Source: Auanema rhodensis
Taxonomy: Eukaryota > Animalia > Nematoda
Assembly (NCBI GenBank): GCA_964057225.1
Contig: OZ059899.1
Coordinates: 13,888,001-13,952,000, forward strand
Direction: 5' to 3'
Length of the DNA stretch: 64,000 bases
The position numbers and the translations under genes were made by a program. A model generated the notes under the pieces. It had not been told where the DNA came from. It made no database searches and saw only the letters and a list, made by a program, of their open reading frames with translations. Below are positions 42,406 through 56,000 of this stretch, piece by piece; positions within the stretch are counted from its first letter, which is position 1, and every line of letters begins with the position of its first letter.

Positions 42406-43076
42406 CCTTATGTTTTAACTAATGTACTCCTGATTAGCCTCGTTTTCATTCCAGCCGTATACAATTTCTTCTTTGTACATCTGTCGTTTTGTTAGCTTAC
42501 ATGCTAAACTCTTTTTTTTACTGGAAATGATTTATGTTGTGATTCTATTGCTTCACTTTCTAATCCGTGTTAATGTACATAATTTTGATATTTTTCTAGT
42601 CCTTTCATCTCATCTTGAATATAAATAGATTCATTTTATAGAACTAGAGCTTTATCAGTGAGTGCAAGCTAATATCTTATGAAATAAAGAGGTTTTAATT
42701 CAATAACTGGAAAGTATTATGAAACATAAAACTTGAGAAATGAAAGCATGATAAGAAACATAAAATTGTAAAATTGGACATTCTAGGGACCTCATTATTG
42801 TCCAAAATGATTCTAATAGAGTACATTCACAAACAAAGACAACGAGCTAATTTCCAAAGAAAATATACATCTTTTGTGTTATTCTATTCTTAATTAAGAT
42901 AATATACAAGTGGAGACAATCTCACTTGAACTTTCTTATGCTGAATTGAATTTTTTAAAATTTTAACTATCCGATTAAACAAATATCAACAAATTAGCTT
43001 TATTTATATTAGTTGAATAAATAAATTAGAAGCTGCAAAAACCAGTAATTGACAGAAAGTGGGGACATATTTGTAT

Positions 43077-43808
43077 CTATTTTTTCGATTCCTTAAGAGC
43101 CACCTGGAAAAAATTTTGAAATTATAAACATCATATCTAGCCAAATTACTTTTTTCTCCAAATCATTTAGTTTTTCTTGTAATCCTTGCATAATGCATGA
43201 ATATTCTTGAATAAATTCTTCAACTTCTTGTGAATGCCTGGAACATAATTGATTCGGAAAAAAATTAGTAAAAAATACGAACTCTTTCCATGAGATTAAG
43301 CTATCTTGAACTTCTTTCTTTGCTTCTTCTAACTTCTGATCATGTTCTTCAAGATTGGTCAAATGCGTGCAGTCCAGTACGATCTTAACTTCTATTGTAT
43401 GATGTTACTCATTGAACTTTCCAAAAATACCTTTAGTCTATTTTCAAAATCTTCCAGTAATGCTACTCGTTTTCTAGTAATTTCTTCTCCACATTGAAAT
43501 ATAGATAATTTTTCCGACAAGGGTTTGCTAGCGGGCTAAAATTTAAAGGTGGAATGGAATGCTAAGTTATTAAGACCTGTTCCAAGAACAAACGTAGGCG
43601 TTTCAGTTCATCTTTGGGAGCTTTCAGAATATGGTTCAATCCTTTCTTTTCCAATGTTTTCCTTATAGCATAAATGTCAAAATCAGTACTTTTAGCCTGG
43701 AAAAAAATAATTTATTTAAATTAAATAGCAAATACTTACATCAGTTCGGTCAGTTACACCTAAAGCTTGTTCAAGACTGGAAATTCTCTCCTCAATAACG
43801 GATTCCAT
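43077..43808 (-). CDS. dnc-3: Dynactin subunit p22/p24 (DCTN3)
   Basis: Spliced translation MESVIEERISSLEQALG..PLSEKLSIFQCGEEITRKRVALLEDFENRLKIVLDCTHLTNLEEHDQKLEEA..EVEEFIQEYSCIMQGL..VALKESKK* aligns with DCTN3 (KLQFILAEE..QVALLEQ..MLDSAHI..PEH..RL). Confidence 0.75.
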
Positions 43809-44080
43809 AACTAACAAAATAAATTAAATCTTAAAAACGTCTCTAAAACAAATTAAAAATAAAATAAATGAATAAGAATTTTACATTAATTTTTCATGAA
43901 TGTACGCAATTACGTATTTATTTTAATAAACCAAAAGTTTTAATTTGGCCTAAAGCATTTCAGAATTTCGTTATTTTGCATATGTAACTTATAAATGTAT
44001 GTGTATATAGTTTAAACAGTCATAATTTATCGTTAACAAGATTAATGTCTTTAATTTTTGTATAAAACATTATTTTTAGG
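43809..44080. promoter_or_regulatory. Putative bidirectional promoter between dnc-3 and midasin
   Basis: 272 bp between head-to-head ATGs; both ATGs are preceded by TTAG acceptor-like sites, consistent with trans-splicing. Confidence 0.55.
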
Positions 44081-47000
44081 ATGGCTAAAGGAAAAAAAAA
44101 GGAGAATGCCATTAAACGGAAAAGGGAAGACAGTGAATCAAAAAAGATTGAAATAAGTAAACCAAAAAAGCCATGCAATACGGATTTAGGTAATTTGAGT
44201 GTTCAAGGCCAGGGTAAGCAATTAAATACAAGACCAGTATATCTGTTTCCATTAAGATATTGGGAACGTACTCCCAACTCGACAATCTGTCTTTGAACAA
44301 TTGAAAGTCTCTGTCCAACATAAACATTTCTCCATTGTTGAGGTACAATTTTTGAATATCATCAAGCTGAACTTTATGAATTGTAGGGGCCTATTGGAAG
44401 TGGGAAAACGTTTATAGCAAAATATGTCGGGCGTGAGCTTAATCTACCCCTCAAAGTAATGCAGCTTGGTGATCAGATTGATTCAAAGGTGAATTTTTTA
44501 TATTTGTTTCAACCACTTAATAAATGATTCAGAGTCTTTTCGGTTCATATCAAAGTACTGAGGTAGCTGGACAATTCCGTTATCAATGCTCTAAGTTTAC
44601 ATTAGTGAGTTCTTCGGTGTTACTGTAGTACAATTAAATTTTTAGTGGCTAAAAGAGCCTTGCTTAATTATTCTTGAGGATATTGATATGGCAAACGCCG
44701 ATGTTATATCAAAAGTTGTTGAATTAGCTGCTTCCCGAAAAGCTGTGTTACCTTCAGGGGATGAAGTTCTTTTTGATGATTCTGTTCGAATAATTGCAAC
44801 CTCTAGGTAGATTTATATTTTCAATCAGCCAAATCTTTCCTCTTTTAGCGCTCGAGGAAAGAGAAGCAATGTTTTAGAAGGAGTTCCTAGTCGTGTTCTT
44901 CTGTCTCCTTTGACTGAAAAGGAGCTGAGAAGATTAATAATTGATGTTAGAACAGTTTTCTTTTTTCAAAATGCTTATTGACTGTTATTTTAGACGTACC
45001 CTCGTTGTGCTCATTTAGCTAAAACTTTGGTTTCTGTCTTTTTAGCTGTGCAAACAGTTCCTTTCCATGCTAATTCTAGGATATTAACTTCTGTGTGAGT
45101 TGAAGTTGATATTTTCAATTTTTTAATTTGTCTATTTAGTGATTTGTTACGGGCTTGTGCTCGATTGTCTTCTAATTATGTTGATTTATCTTCAAATATG
45201 GAGATTTTTGTTGAACTTGTTGATTGTTGGTGTTTATCTGATCCTTCGGAGAGATCTCGTTTGTTATGTGAGAAGGTAATTTTCGAAGTTTATGTTTAAG
45301 CTTGATTTTTCTTTTTATAGGTTGCTAGTTGTTTAACTATTACAAGCGACCAATTATCTTTTCATCTCACGGCTAGACAGCCCACTTTTTCTCATGATGA
45401 TTATAAATGTAAAATAGGAAGATCTGTATTACCTAGATTACCTTCATTGAAAATTTCGCAGAGTCATCGGTTAGGCCACACCAGGTAGATATTTTTAATT
45501 TAAATAGTTGGTAATGTAAGTGTTAAAGAGATGTGCTTCAACTAATGGAAAGAATTGCTGTGTGTGTTAGGCAATCTGAGCCAACTTTATTAGTAGGAGA
45601 AACTGGAGTTGGTAAAACTTCTGTTGTACAATCTTTGGCTTCGGCTCTCCATTTAACTCTAAAAGTTGTTAATGTTAGTCCGACTTCTGATTCTGATGAG
45701 TTAATTGAAGGGTATGTTGTTTTTCTTTTTTTTTTAATTGTTGTATCCTTTTTAGTTATAAACCAACTACCGTTGCTCATATATTAGAACCATTTACTAA
45801 GTTTTATCATGATGTCTTCACTTCATGTTTCGATGCCAAAAGAAATGAAAAATTCTTAACTCACTTGGAGGTGACTTATAATTTTTTTTCATTAATGTTT
45901 TTTTCCATTTAAGACATGTTTATCAGCCGGTAGGTATCGAGATTATCTTGTTGTTGTTGAAAATACTGCCCAAAAAGCTTTAATGTCAAAAGATCAAAAT
46001 GTAAGTTATCAAGTTCTACATTCACACTGAAATTATTTGTTTTAGGATCCACGGTGGGCTGAAGTTGTTGTTAGGGCCCGCAGAATACGGCAAGGCTTAG
46101 AGAAGAATGCTGTACCATTTACTGTTATGCGTGGAGCTGTTTTGGAAGCTATTCAAGAAGGAACCTGGCTTTTAATTGACGAAGTATGTTTTATTTTCTT
46201 TTTCTTTCTATTAGTAGCTTTTTATGTAGCTGTGTAATTTATTTAATTTTTTCATTTGTATTGACTTAAAACAACCGAACTAATTAGAATATTTTGAAAA
46301 TTCATTTTTATTTTTATTTTGGAGGAGAACCGGTTGACTCGGCTGCTCAATCAAAATTTTTTTCTCATCTTATTTTTTTTCTTGTAGATTAATTTGGCTT
46401 CTCCTGAGTGTCTTGATGCTATTGTTCATGCTATTTCTGCTAATAGTCATCCTAATTTCCGCTTGTTTGCCTGTATGAATCCCGCTACTGATGCTGGTAA
46501 AAGAAGACTACCTCCCAGTGTTCGAACAAAGTAAGCAACATTTTTCTTATAGTATACGTTTTCTCTTTCTAGATTCACAGAATTTTATGTTGACGAAATG
46601 ACTGATCCAATTCAACTGGGATTAGTTGTTTCATCTTACTTACCTAGTTTGAAGCACAGTGTAGTCGAAACATTGGTTACATTCTATCTAAAATCTAGAG
46701 AAAATTATCCAGGATGCTACAGGTGTGATTTATAATATATTTAAAAAAATATTTATTTTTTTGTAGCTTGAGAACATTATGTCGAGCTTTATTATTTGCT
46801 GCCGATAATCTGTTTGGTAGTGAAGAGAGGTCTCTCTATGAAGCTGTAAGTTTGTATATTATTAAACAAGTTTTTTGATTTTTTTAGGTTTGTATGGCAT
46901 TCCTCACTAATTTAAGTGTTGATGATAAAATTCGAATGAAAACTGCTATCTCTAACACTTTTAAAGTTCAAACGAATGTACCAATTCCTCAACCATCAAA

Positions 47001-50000
47001 TAAGGATGACCTCATTTATCTTAACGTAAGATCATTTATTGTATTCTGGTCAATTTTTGTATTAGGTTATGGGGTATTGGGTTGAACAAGGACAGCTTTT
47101 GCCAAAAGTAGATAAGAATTATGTTTTAACTAAGACCGTTAAAGCAAATATGGCTGAAATCTCTCGTATTGTCTGCAGTGGACGGTAAGAGTGTTTTGTA
47201 TTAGATTTGTGAATTATTTCTGTGCAGGTTCCCAATTCTTTTGGAGGGAGAGACTAGCGCTGGTAAAACCTCCATTGTTAGCTATCTAGCAAAAATAACT
47301 GGTAACAGCGTCGTTAGAATAAATAATCATGAACATACCGATGTTCAAGAGTAAGTGTTTCCTCGTATAAACTTATATCATTTTCATTCTAGATACATGG
47401 GTTCGTATGTTGCCGATGAAAGCGGAAGATTAGTTTTCCGTGAAGGTGCTTTAGTAAAAGCTGTCCGTGATGGAAGTTGGGTAATTTTGGACGAGTTGAA
47501 TTTAGCTCCCACTGATGTGATTGAAGCTTTAAATAGAGTATGATAACAAATTAAAAGCAAAATTATGGGTCTATTTAAGCTTTTGGACGACAACAGAGAG
47601 CTGTTTATTCCTGAATTAAATACCACAGTTCAAGCTCATCGTCGTTTCCGTCTTTTTGCCACTCAAAATCCTGCCGGTACTTATGCTGGTAGAAAGCGAT
47701 TATCCAGAGCTCTTTTATCACGTTTTGTTGTTATGAGATTCAATCATTTGCCTATGGATGAACTTTCTGCTATGGTAGGATACTCAATTTTATTTATTTT
47801 TAACTAATTACGTTCAGGTCTGTACTAGATGTGAGATTCATGCTTCTGCTGCAACTAAAATGATTGCTGTGCTAACTGAGTTGAGAACGCAGAGATCACT
47901 CAGCGGTTTATTCTCAGCGAGAGATGGTGCGTAATATAATTATTAATGTTTTAATAGTTGTTTTTAGGTTTGATGACTCTCAGAGATGTGTTCAGATGGG
48001 CTAAACGTTTATCAACAGACGAAACCACTGATGATTGGCTTCAAGTTAGAACAATTGCCCTTTTCCCATTTAATTTCACAATTATTTTAAGATTTTGGCT
48101 AACCATGGTTACTTTTTGTTGGCTGGTAGATGTCGTAATAAGAAAGATGAGCAGACCGTTGTGAGTACTTTAGAGCGTGTACTGAAGAGAACAATTGATG
48201 TGAGTCTATATGGTTTTAAATAGTTTATTGATGTTGTAATCTATAGACCAATATGTTGTTCGATAAGAATTCTGGTTATTTCCCCAAACATTTGAATTTT
48301 GAGAAAATTGTCCTCACAATAGGTATGAGAAGAATGTTGGTCATGACTTATCAGGTATATATCAATAATAATCTTTTAATATGTTACCTTTTCTTCAATC
48401 AGGCATGGCTTCGTGATGAAGCAGTTTTAATGGTTGGTGAGACTGGAGGTGGAAAGACAAGTTTAGCACAAACTCTCGGAGGTGATGGCTTGTTGTCGAT
48501 TAATTGTCATGAACGTACTGAAACAGCTGATTTCCTTGGTCGTTTACGCCCTAAATCCAATGGAGGGTAAGCTTATTGTTATTATAAATATTGTATCAAG
48601 ATTCTTCTAGTTTCGAATGGTCTGATGGTGTAGTAATTGTTGCTATGAGAAAAGGACTTCCTTTGTTAATTGATGAAATATCTCTTGCTGAAGATTCAGT
48701 ACTTGAGCGTCTTAATCCGTTGTTTGAAGAGGTTGGTCTTAAACTTTAAACGTGCCACTAAATTTTTTTTGTAGGACAGAACACTTCTTTTGTCTGATGC
48801 TGGTGTTGATGTCCAAACTGTAAGCTCCAGTGCCGGATTCCAGATGATCGCTACTATGAACCCTGGTGGTGACTACGGAAAAAAAGAAGTATAGTTTTTG
48901 AAATTGAGTTATATCCTTTATTCTTGATATTATCAGTTATCCAAAGCTCTTCGTAATCGTTTCACAGAAGTCTGGTCATCTAACGATTATGAAAAAAGTG
49001 AATTAGTTTCCATTTTTGATACGAGACTATCGAATACCCTACAAGAAGAAGTGCCTTCTGTTGCTGCTACAACTATTGTTAATTGGATTGCTGAATTTTT
49101 TGGGAAATATGCTCATATATTCAGGTCAGAGTGTTGCATCAAACATTATGTTCATTTTGACTTTTCTAGACACTCTGCATCTGTTCGTGATGTTGTTGCC
49201 TGTGCTGATATTTATGTTTCATGTGTCAAACGTTCTATTCCTACAGTATTTTCAATCAGGGAAGCTCTGTCTGCCGTATTCTTGGATGCGATTGCTAGTC
49301 AGCCGACTCGCATCGCCATGGATGTCGCTGCCATTTTAGAAGATGCCGATAGAATTGTCAGTATCTATTCTAGTAGATATAATTAATATACTTTTTTCAG
49401 CTTTTCCGAGTTATTGAAAAATCTGAAGACTCGATTGAGAACGTAGCAAAGCGAGTAATATGTTGTGATGGGCATGTTCAAATAGGACCTTTAACAATCG
49501 AGCATGGTCCTCTTCCCGTAAGATTACCACGTCAGTTTTCATTAAATGCACCTACCTGTGTCTCCAACTTTTATCGTATTGCAAGGTAACTGCACAACTG
49601 AAGTTTCGTAGCAAGTAATTTAAACTTTTTTCAGAGGGCTTTTAATTGATAAACCTATTTTATTGGAAGGATCACCAGGATGCGGTAAATCAAGCACAGT
49701 AATGGCATTAGCTGAACTTACTGGTCACCCAATCACACGTTTGAATTTGTCCGATCAGACCGTATGTTAAGTAGACTGATTTTGAGTATTATTCCCCTTT
49801 AAGGATCTCACTGACTTATTTGGAAGTGATATACCGGTTGTTACCGATGACGGAACCATATCTTTCCGTTGGGAAGATGGGCCAGTTCTTCGAGCTATCA
49901 AGAAGGGCGAATGGATTTTGTTGGATGAGGTTGGATTAATTTTTTTGAGTATTGTTATATGTTAAGTACTAGATGAATTTGGCATCACAATCAGTCTTGG

Positions 50001-53000
50001 AAGGTTTGAATGCGTGCTTTGATCATAGAAAAATTCTTTTCATTGCTGAGCTTAACAAATCTTTTGAAATTCCTTCTGGTCAGTTATTATGCAGTATATC
50101 CATATAAGCCATTTTTCTTTACAGGTAATGGATGCCGCTTTTTCGCTTGCCAGAATCCTAGAGCTCAGGGTGGCAATCGTAGAGCTCTCCCAAAATCATT
50201 TGTGAATCGTTTCACCAATGTACTGTTAAATTTATATAAAATTAGTCTTTACTCTGAATTTTCAGATTTGGGTTGATGACTTAACTGTTGAGGATATTGT
50301 ATTTATTCTATCCGAAATTGACACTGAAAAGGTTTTAACAGAGAAACAGATTAATGCTATGGTTAGTTTTGACTGTAAAAGAGTTGCCAAATGTGAAGCT
50401 TCAGGTTCAAATCAATAAAAAACTTTCGGATGATACAACTTTAGTTGGTGGGCCATATTCTTTCAACTTACGTGATCTTCTTAGGTGGCTTCATTATTAC
50501 TCTACGGTATTTCTAAAGATTTTGTTCCTATTCATTATAACATTTGCAATGCTTAGAAGGGTAACATGGTAACTGGGTATGAATTACTGTATGTATCAAG
50601 AATGAGACAGGACATTGACCGTACAAAGGTAGTTTCTGTTTTAGCATAGTTTTTTGAATAGGTTTATTCAGCTTCGAGAATTGTACGAAGAATTACTTGA
50701 AGAACCTTACACTCTATCTCCTGTATTCATATCTATGGATAGCAAATCGATAAGAATTGGAGAAGCGCATCTACCTCGTCTTACTAATATTGAATCGGAT
50801 TGTATGCTGTTACCTAGTCAAATGACTCTTTTATCTGATCTTGCCAGCTGTGTTGAACATAATTGGCTTACTTTATTAATCGGACCAAAGTAATTGTATT
50901 TAACAACTTCATGAATATAATGATTCTTTTAGAAACTCTGGTAAATTCTCCACAGTGAAAACCCTTGCGGATGTTTGCGGAGTTGAGTTGGTTAAGATTT
51001 CACTTAACTCTGAAACAGATGCTCAAGAACTAATTGGGTCATATGAGCAGGTAGTAGTTTGATGCAGTACATTAGTTATATTTTGATTTCCAGGTTGTTG
51101 ATACAAATGCTCTCAATGTTGTGAAAAAAAATATTAGCGCTAATCTTAGAAATATTTTGGATGATCAATTACTAATTTCTATCGATAATAGCGAAGACTT
51201 ACTATCATTAGAAATTGCTGTTGAGGTAATTTGATTTCCTATTGCTCTGTTAATATTGACATTTGAATAGAATGTTCTTAAACATGCTAGTGGTCATCCT
51301 GGCATAGTACAAGAATGTAAAGACTTGATGGAAATTGCTGCTCGTTCCGATATGCGTTTTGCTTGGATTGATAGTGTATTTGTAAAAGCCTTCTTAGAAG
51401 GTCATTGGATTGTTATCGAAGATGTGAATTTGTGCAGGTTTCTATTACATAATTTACTTTTTTATATCATTTATTTACAGCGCTGCCGTTCTTGATCGTT
51501 TGAACAGTTGTTTAGAAACTGGTGGAAAACTAGTAATATCCGAGAGACAGTCGTCTTTTGAAGCATTAGAAGCTCATAGCAACTTTAGGTGTGATTTTAT
51601 CTTTATGTATTTATAAAAGAGTTTTCAGAGTATTTTTATCCATGGATCCTAAAAATGGAGAAATTTCACGAGCCATGAGAAATCGAAGTGTTGAATTATA
51701 CATGAAAAACTATCAAATGTGGTTTTCTTCTCCAGAAGATATTGTTTCATTGTGTCCATCAGCATCCTTAACACCATTCAGTATGGAAGGGTCATCACAC
51801 TACTCTCAGAGTTTCCCATACGAGGTTTTCATTTTCGTGTTTTTCTGTTTTTTTCCTGAATGATATATTGAAGTTTTCTACTGTATTGGCTGAGCAAACT
51901 CCGGAAACTTTATTACATTTCTTCGTTTTGTTATCAGAGTATAGCTTCGAAAATGCAGCTCGTGCTTTGGGAATTCAAAATCAACCGGATAACTCAATTA
52001 AACAATTTTTCCACTCTATTCCAGTTAAATCATTGAATACTCCAGAGTAAGAAGTACTCATGATCATGTTTTTCTTACTTCTTTGTTTAGATTTGCCGAA
52101 TGGTTTGCCGAGTCATGGGCTAGAACATCAGGTCCATTATTAGATAAATTCCTTCACTGTTTTTTGAGTTGCTCTCCGGCTGTCATGTTTTCTCAAAATG
52201 TTATTGAATCATTTGGAGATATGAGTATGAGTGCTTCAACCAATATAATATATTGTTTTTCTTTTCAGTTCAACCTTTTTTGATCAATGCGAAAAAACAA
52301 TTCAAGTCCCAATCTTCGGTTTATCATTCAATTGACGAAAGATATCATGGTTTTAATAAAAATTTAGCAGAATCGGAGGAATTGAAAACGTTTGTCATCT
52401 TAGTTAGCTATTTAGTTTATTTTTTGTTCAGGTATATCTTAAATATTCTGTGCGAATGGACTTCTTTAAATTTGAAACAAATTGCAGTTAAAGATCAGTC
52501 TGCTGAGCATCAATCCAGAACATTGTCCAAATGTACGTTCATTTCTAATATTATTTATTTATTTTTATTACTATAGACGAAATGTCAACTAACGCCACTT
52601 CTTTCAAAAACTTACCACTTATCGCTGGATTTATTGATGTTATTATGAGATCCTTGAGTGAGAGATCAATTCAAGGAAGTTCTGATAAGGTTTACTTTAT
52701 GAGTTTCAATTTTTACTAATTTTCATGTTTAGGTTTTCCAATTTTGTATCTCACTTTTCCTTTTCGTACACTCAGCACGTAAAAATATAGAAACTCGATC
52801 AGGTATCTCGCCGATTTATATCGCATGGAATGAGCTATTGAAATGCTTTGCTTTCATCAAGTTTGTTTATTCGTGAATGTGGTGTTATAATTTTTTTGAT
52901 TAAGCGCTAATGGAACAGATAAACTTATTGAACTAATGGAGAAGGGTTGGTCCTCCAAGGAACATGCTCGATTCCTTTCAGAGTTTCTGAAACTCTATGA

Positions 53001-56000
53001 TAATTACAAGTTCACTGAGCCATTCTCGTCTGAAGAAGACTATAAACGGTATGTATTTTCTCAATGTTGTCACTTATGTTTAATCACAGCTTTACCAATA
53101 CTCTAATGAATCTTCGCAACAATGATTCTGAAGACGTTATGGAAGAAGATGATAAAGACGATGAGAAGCAAAAAAAGACTTCATTATTGTCTGAAGCTTT
53201 ATCTTTTATCGGACGAATGCATTCTGTTCTTCGATTTTTATGTACTTCTGTTATTGATGAGGTATTTTGATGCTAATATCGATAGATATATTTATTAATT
53301 TTTGCTAAATTATTTGGTTATAGAAGGATTCAATATTTTCTCTTCAAAAAGTTTATTCTGATATGCCTTGGCATTCAGAATCGGCGGAAAGAAGTGTTAG
53401 AAATCTGGAAATGATTAATTCTGCTTTCTCGGATGATCAACGAGTGTGTTATTTGATTTTACTATTTTGTAAACAAGTTCATTTAGGTTTTGAACATTCC
53501 TCAAGTTGGCTGTTTTCCTTTACTATACACCCGGCTTTGGTCAACTCTTGGATATGATATTACTTTGAGCAATTTATCAGTTGATGACTTACAGAAGTTT
53601 TCTATAGCAACATTGATTAGCCAGCTTTGGAGGCTTGGACCAAATTCAGATCTATTATCTCGAAGAATCAAGTTTGTTATTAATATAGTCAAATAGTAAA
53701 ACTTCTAACATTTAAGGGAAGAAATTTATAATTTGGGTAAAGAACAATTAGGTTGGTATGCTCACACAGAAGAATCTGTTAATCCTTGGGCAAATCATCT
53801 AAAGGCGGCTCGTAGCCTAATAGAAAAAGTATGTTGATTTTTCATATTATGTTCTTATACTATGCAATGTTTTTAGTCTCTGCCTCCAGTTTCTTCACTG
53901 GATCCTGTAGTGTTCGGTGAAGAGCGTAGTGCATACTTGGCTCATAGATTAGAAATGATTGATAGACAATTGAAAATTGTTGGTGAACAATTCAAATCTA
54001 TATCAAGGTAATACAAATTTTTGTTAATCATAATATGTATTTCCTTCAGACTTGAGTTTGATACATTACCCAATCATCATCCAGTACTCAAGGTTTTGAA
54101 TGAGGAACGCTTGTCTATTGTCAACGAAATTGAAACAACTTCTGAACGAGGTCAGATGGCATATCGTCCAGAAGCTGATAACGTATGATTTATGTTCAAT
54201 TACTTTTATTTTAACTTTATTTTTTTAGTATTTCGCGCTTAGCTCGCATATGAGAGTGTTCTATCCCGTTTGCAATCAAATTTTCACTGAACTTGAAAAA
54301 ATCAACTCATCTGAGCATTTTGCGAGCCTTGATGAAAAAAGCATCACCATGTTAACCTCTACTTTAATATCTTTCACAATGAGCGCGGATAACTTCAAAA
54401 AGGTAATAGCTTTCACTGAATGAAATGCTTCTGTACCTAATTAATCTTTTTAGATAACAATGCAAAAGTACAGTGCATATACTGACATTTTCATGCCATT
54501 TTTCCACGGGTTAGATCTTTTACTTTATGGTGTTTTCGAAGTTTTGTCTTCTGCCGAATCATATGTCCGTAGAAAGGATCTTTTGACGACAGCCGTGTTT
54601 CCGCATTATTTCAAAGTAAGCTAATCTTTATCATGTTTTCAAAAAAAGATTTGTTCAGGTAAGATGTTCCCAATTCGGTATTGAGAGTTCCGAATTGCTC
54701 TCTTGGGCTGTGAGAGATTCTTCACCTATGCCATTGTCCCTTAAAGCTGCAGTGGCTCGGAAACGTTTATCAAAGCAAGAAGAATGTAATGTAAACCTTT
54801 TATGGGCCAAGAAACAGTGGCAAAAATGGTAACAGTCGTGATACAGTTTATAAAAATACGGTTTTTATCTTCAAGGTATGAAAAAAACATTGCAAAAGCT
54901 GCTGAAAAAGATTTCATTTATCGTAATAAGACAGAAGAAGAAAAGGATGAGTTGGATGTCGCTGAATTTTTCTCTAACGTATGTCGATTTATGTTTTTGC
55001 GCTTTAATATTTTTATGTAGCTTGAACAAGACAAAGAAATAATTCATCATAATGATCTAATGCTTCTCGTTGGATTAGGAATAGAAGATTTCAATGATCA
55101 GTGGGTTACCAATATTTATATTTTCAATATTTTATCATTTAAGGATTTTGAGTGAAACATCCGAAATGAAATATAAGCTAGCTTTGACATGGATTCAGGA
55201 AATTTTGATGAATATCGGAACTTATAACAACACTGTTCATAATGCTTCCATCAGTAAGATTTAACTTCATTTTTTTTTTGTTCACAACTGTATTCAGCTT
55301 CTGATCTTCTAACACTGAAATGGATTTTGGCACAAGAAAGTACAAGCGAGAAAGAAGATGTTGATGTATATAGAAGCGTGTCAATTAAAGAGTTAAGGCG
55401 TGCTACAGCATTGCTAGATGCTCTTGTGATACGAACCGAAATTGTTAGAGATAGGTGGCCGGAGGTTCGTATTATTTATACTCCTATGATTATCAGAATC
55501 TTTTAAAGGTTGTCACTCTGAAGCAAATTATTGACAAAGTTAGTGATTTCTCTCTCTCCTCGTTGGCTACTTCTCAAATAAAAATGGCAACTCTTGTTGA
55601 AAACATTATAGGTAAACGTTTACTTCTCTGAAACCAACTTATTTATTTTTCAGAGCAATGTGAAGAATGGGAAAAGATCGCTGACAGAGCCAATTCGTTA
55701 GAGGAAGCACTCGCACCACTGAGAGAGCTTTTAGTTGACTGGAAAAAAATGGAGGTTAATTCGTTCAATCCTTTCGGAAAAACATTCAATCGTCTTATTT
55801 AGGTTCGGCATTGGTCACAATTACTTGTTCGTTACGAAAACGATTGTCGAATGAAAGCATTCTTGGCTTCATATCCTCTTTTCAATGCCTTATTCCAAGC
55901 TGACAGTACGCTTAATTGTAAATATTTTGTTTTAATTTATCATTTTGTAGCTCCCGAAGCTTTGAATAACGTAGTGCCTATGTCTGTTGATTGGATACAT

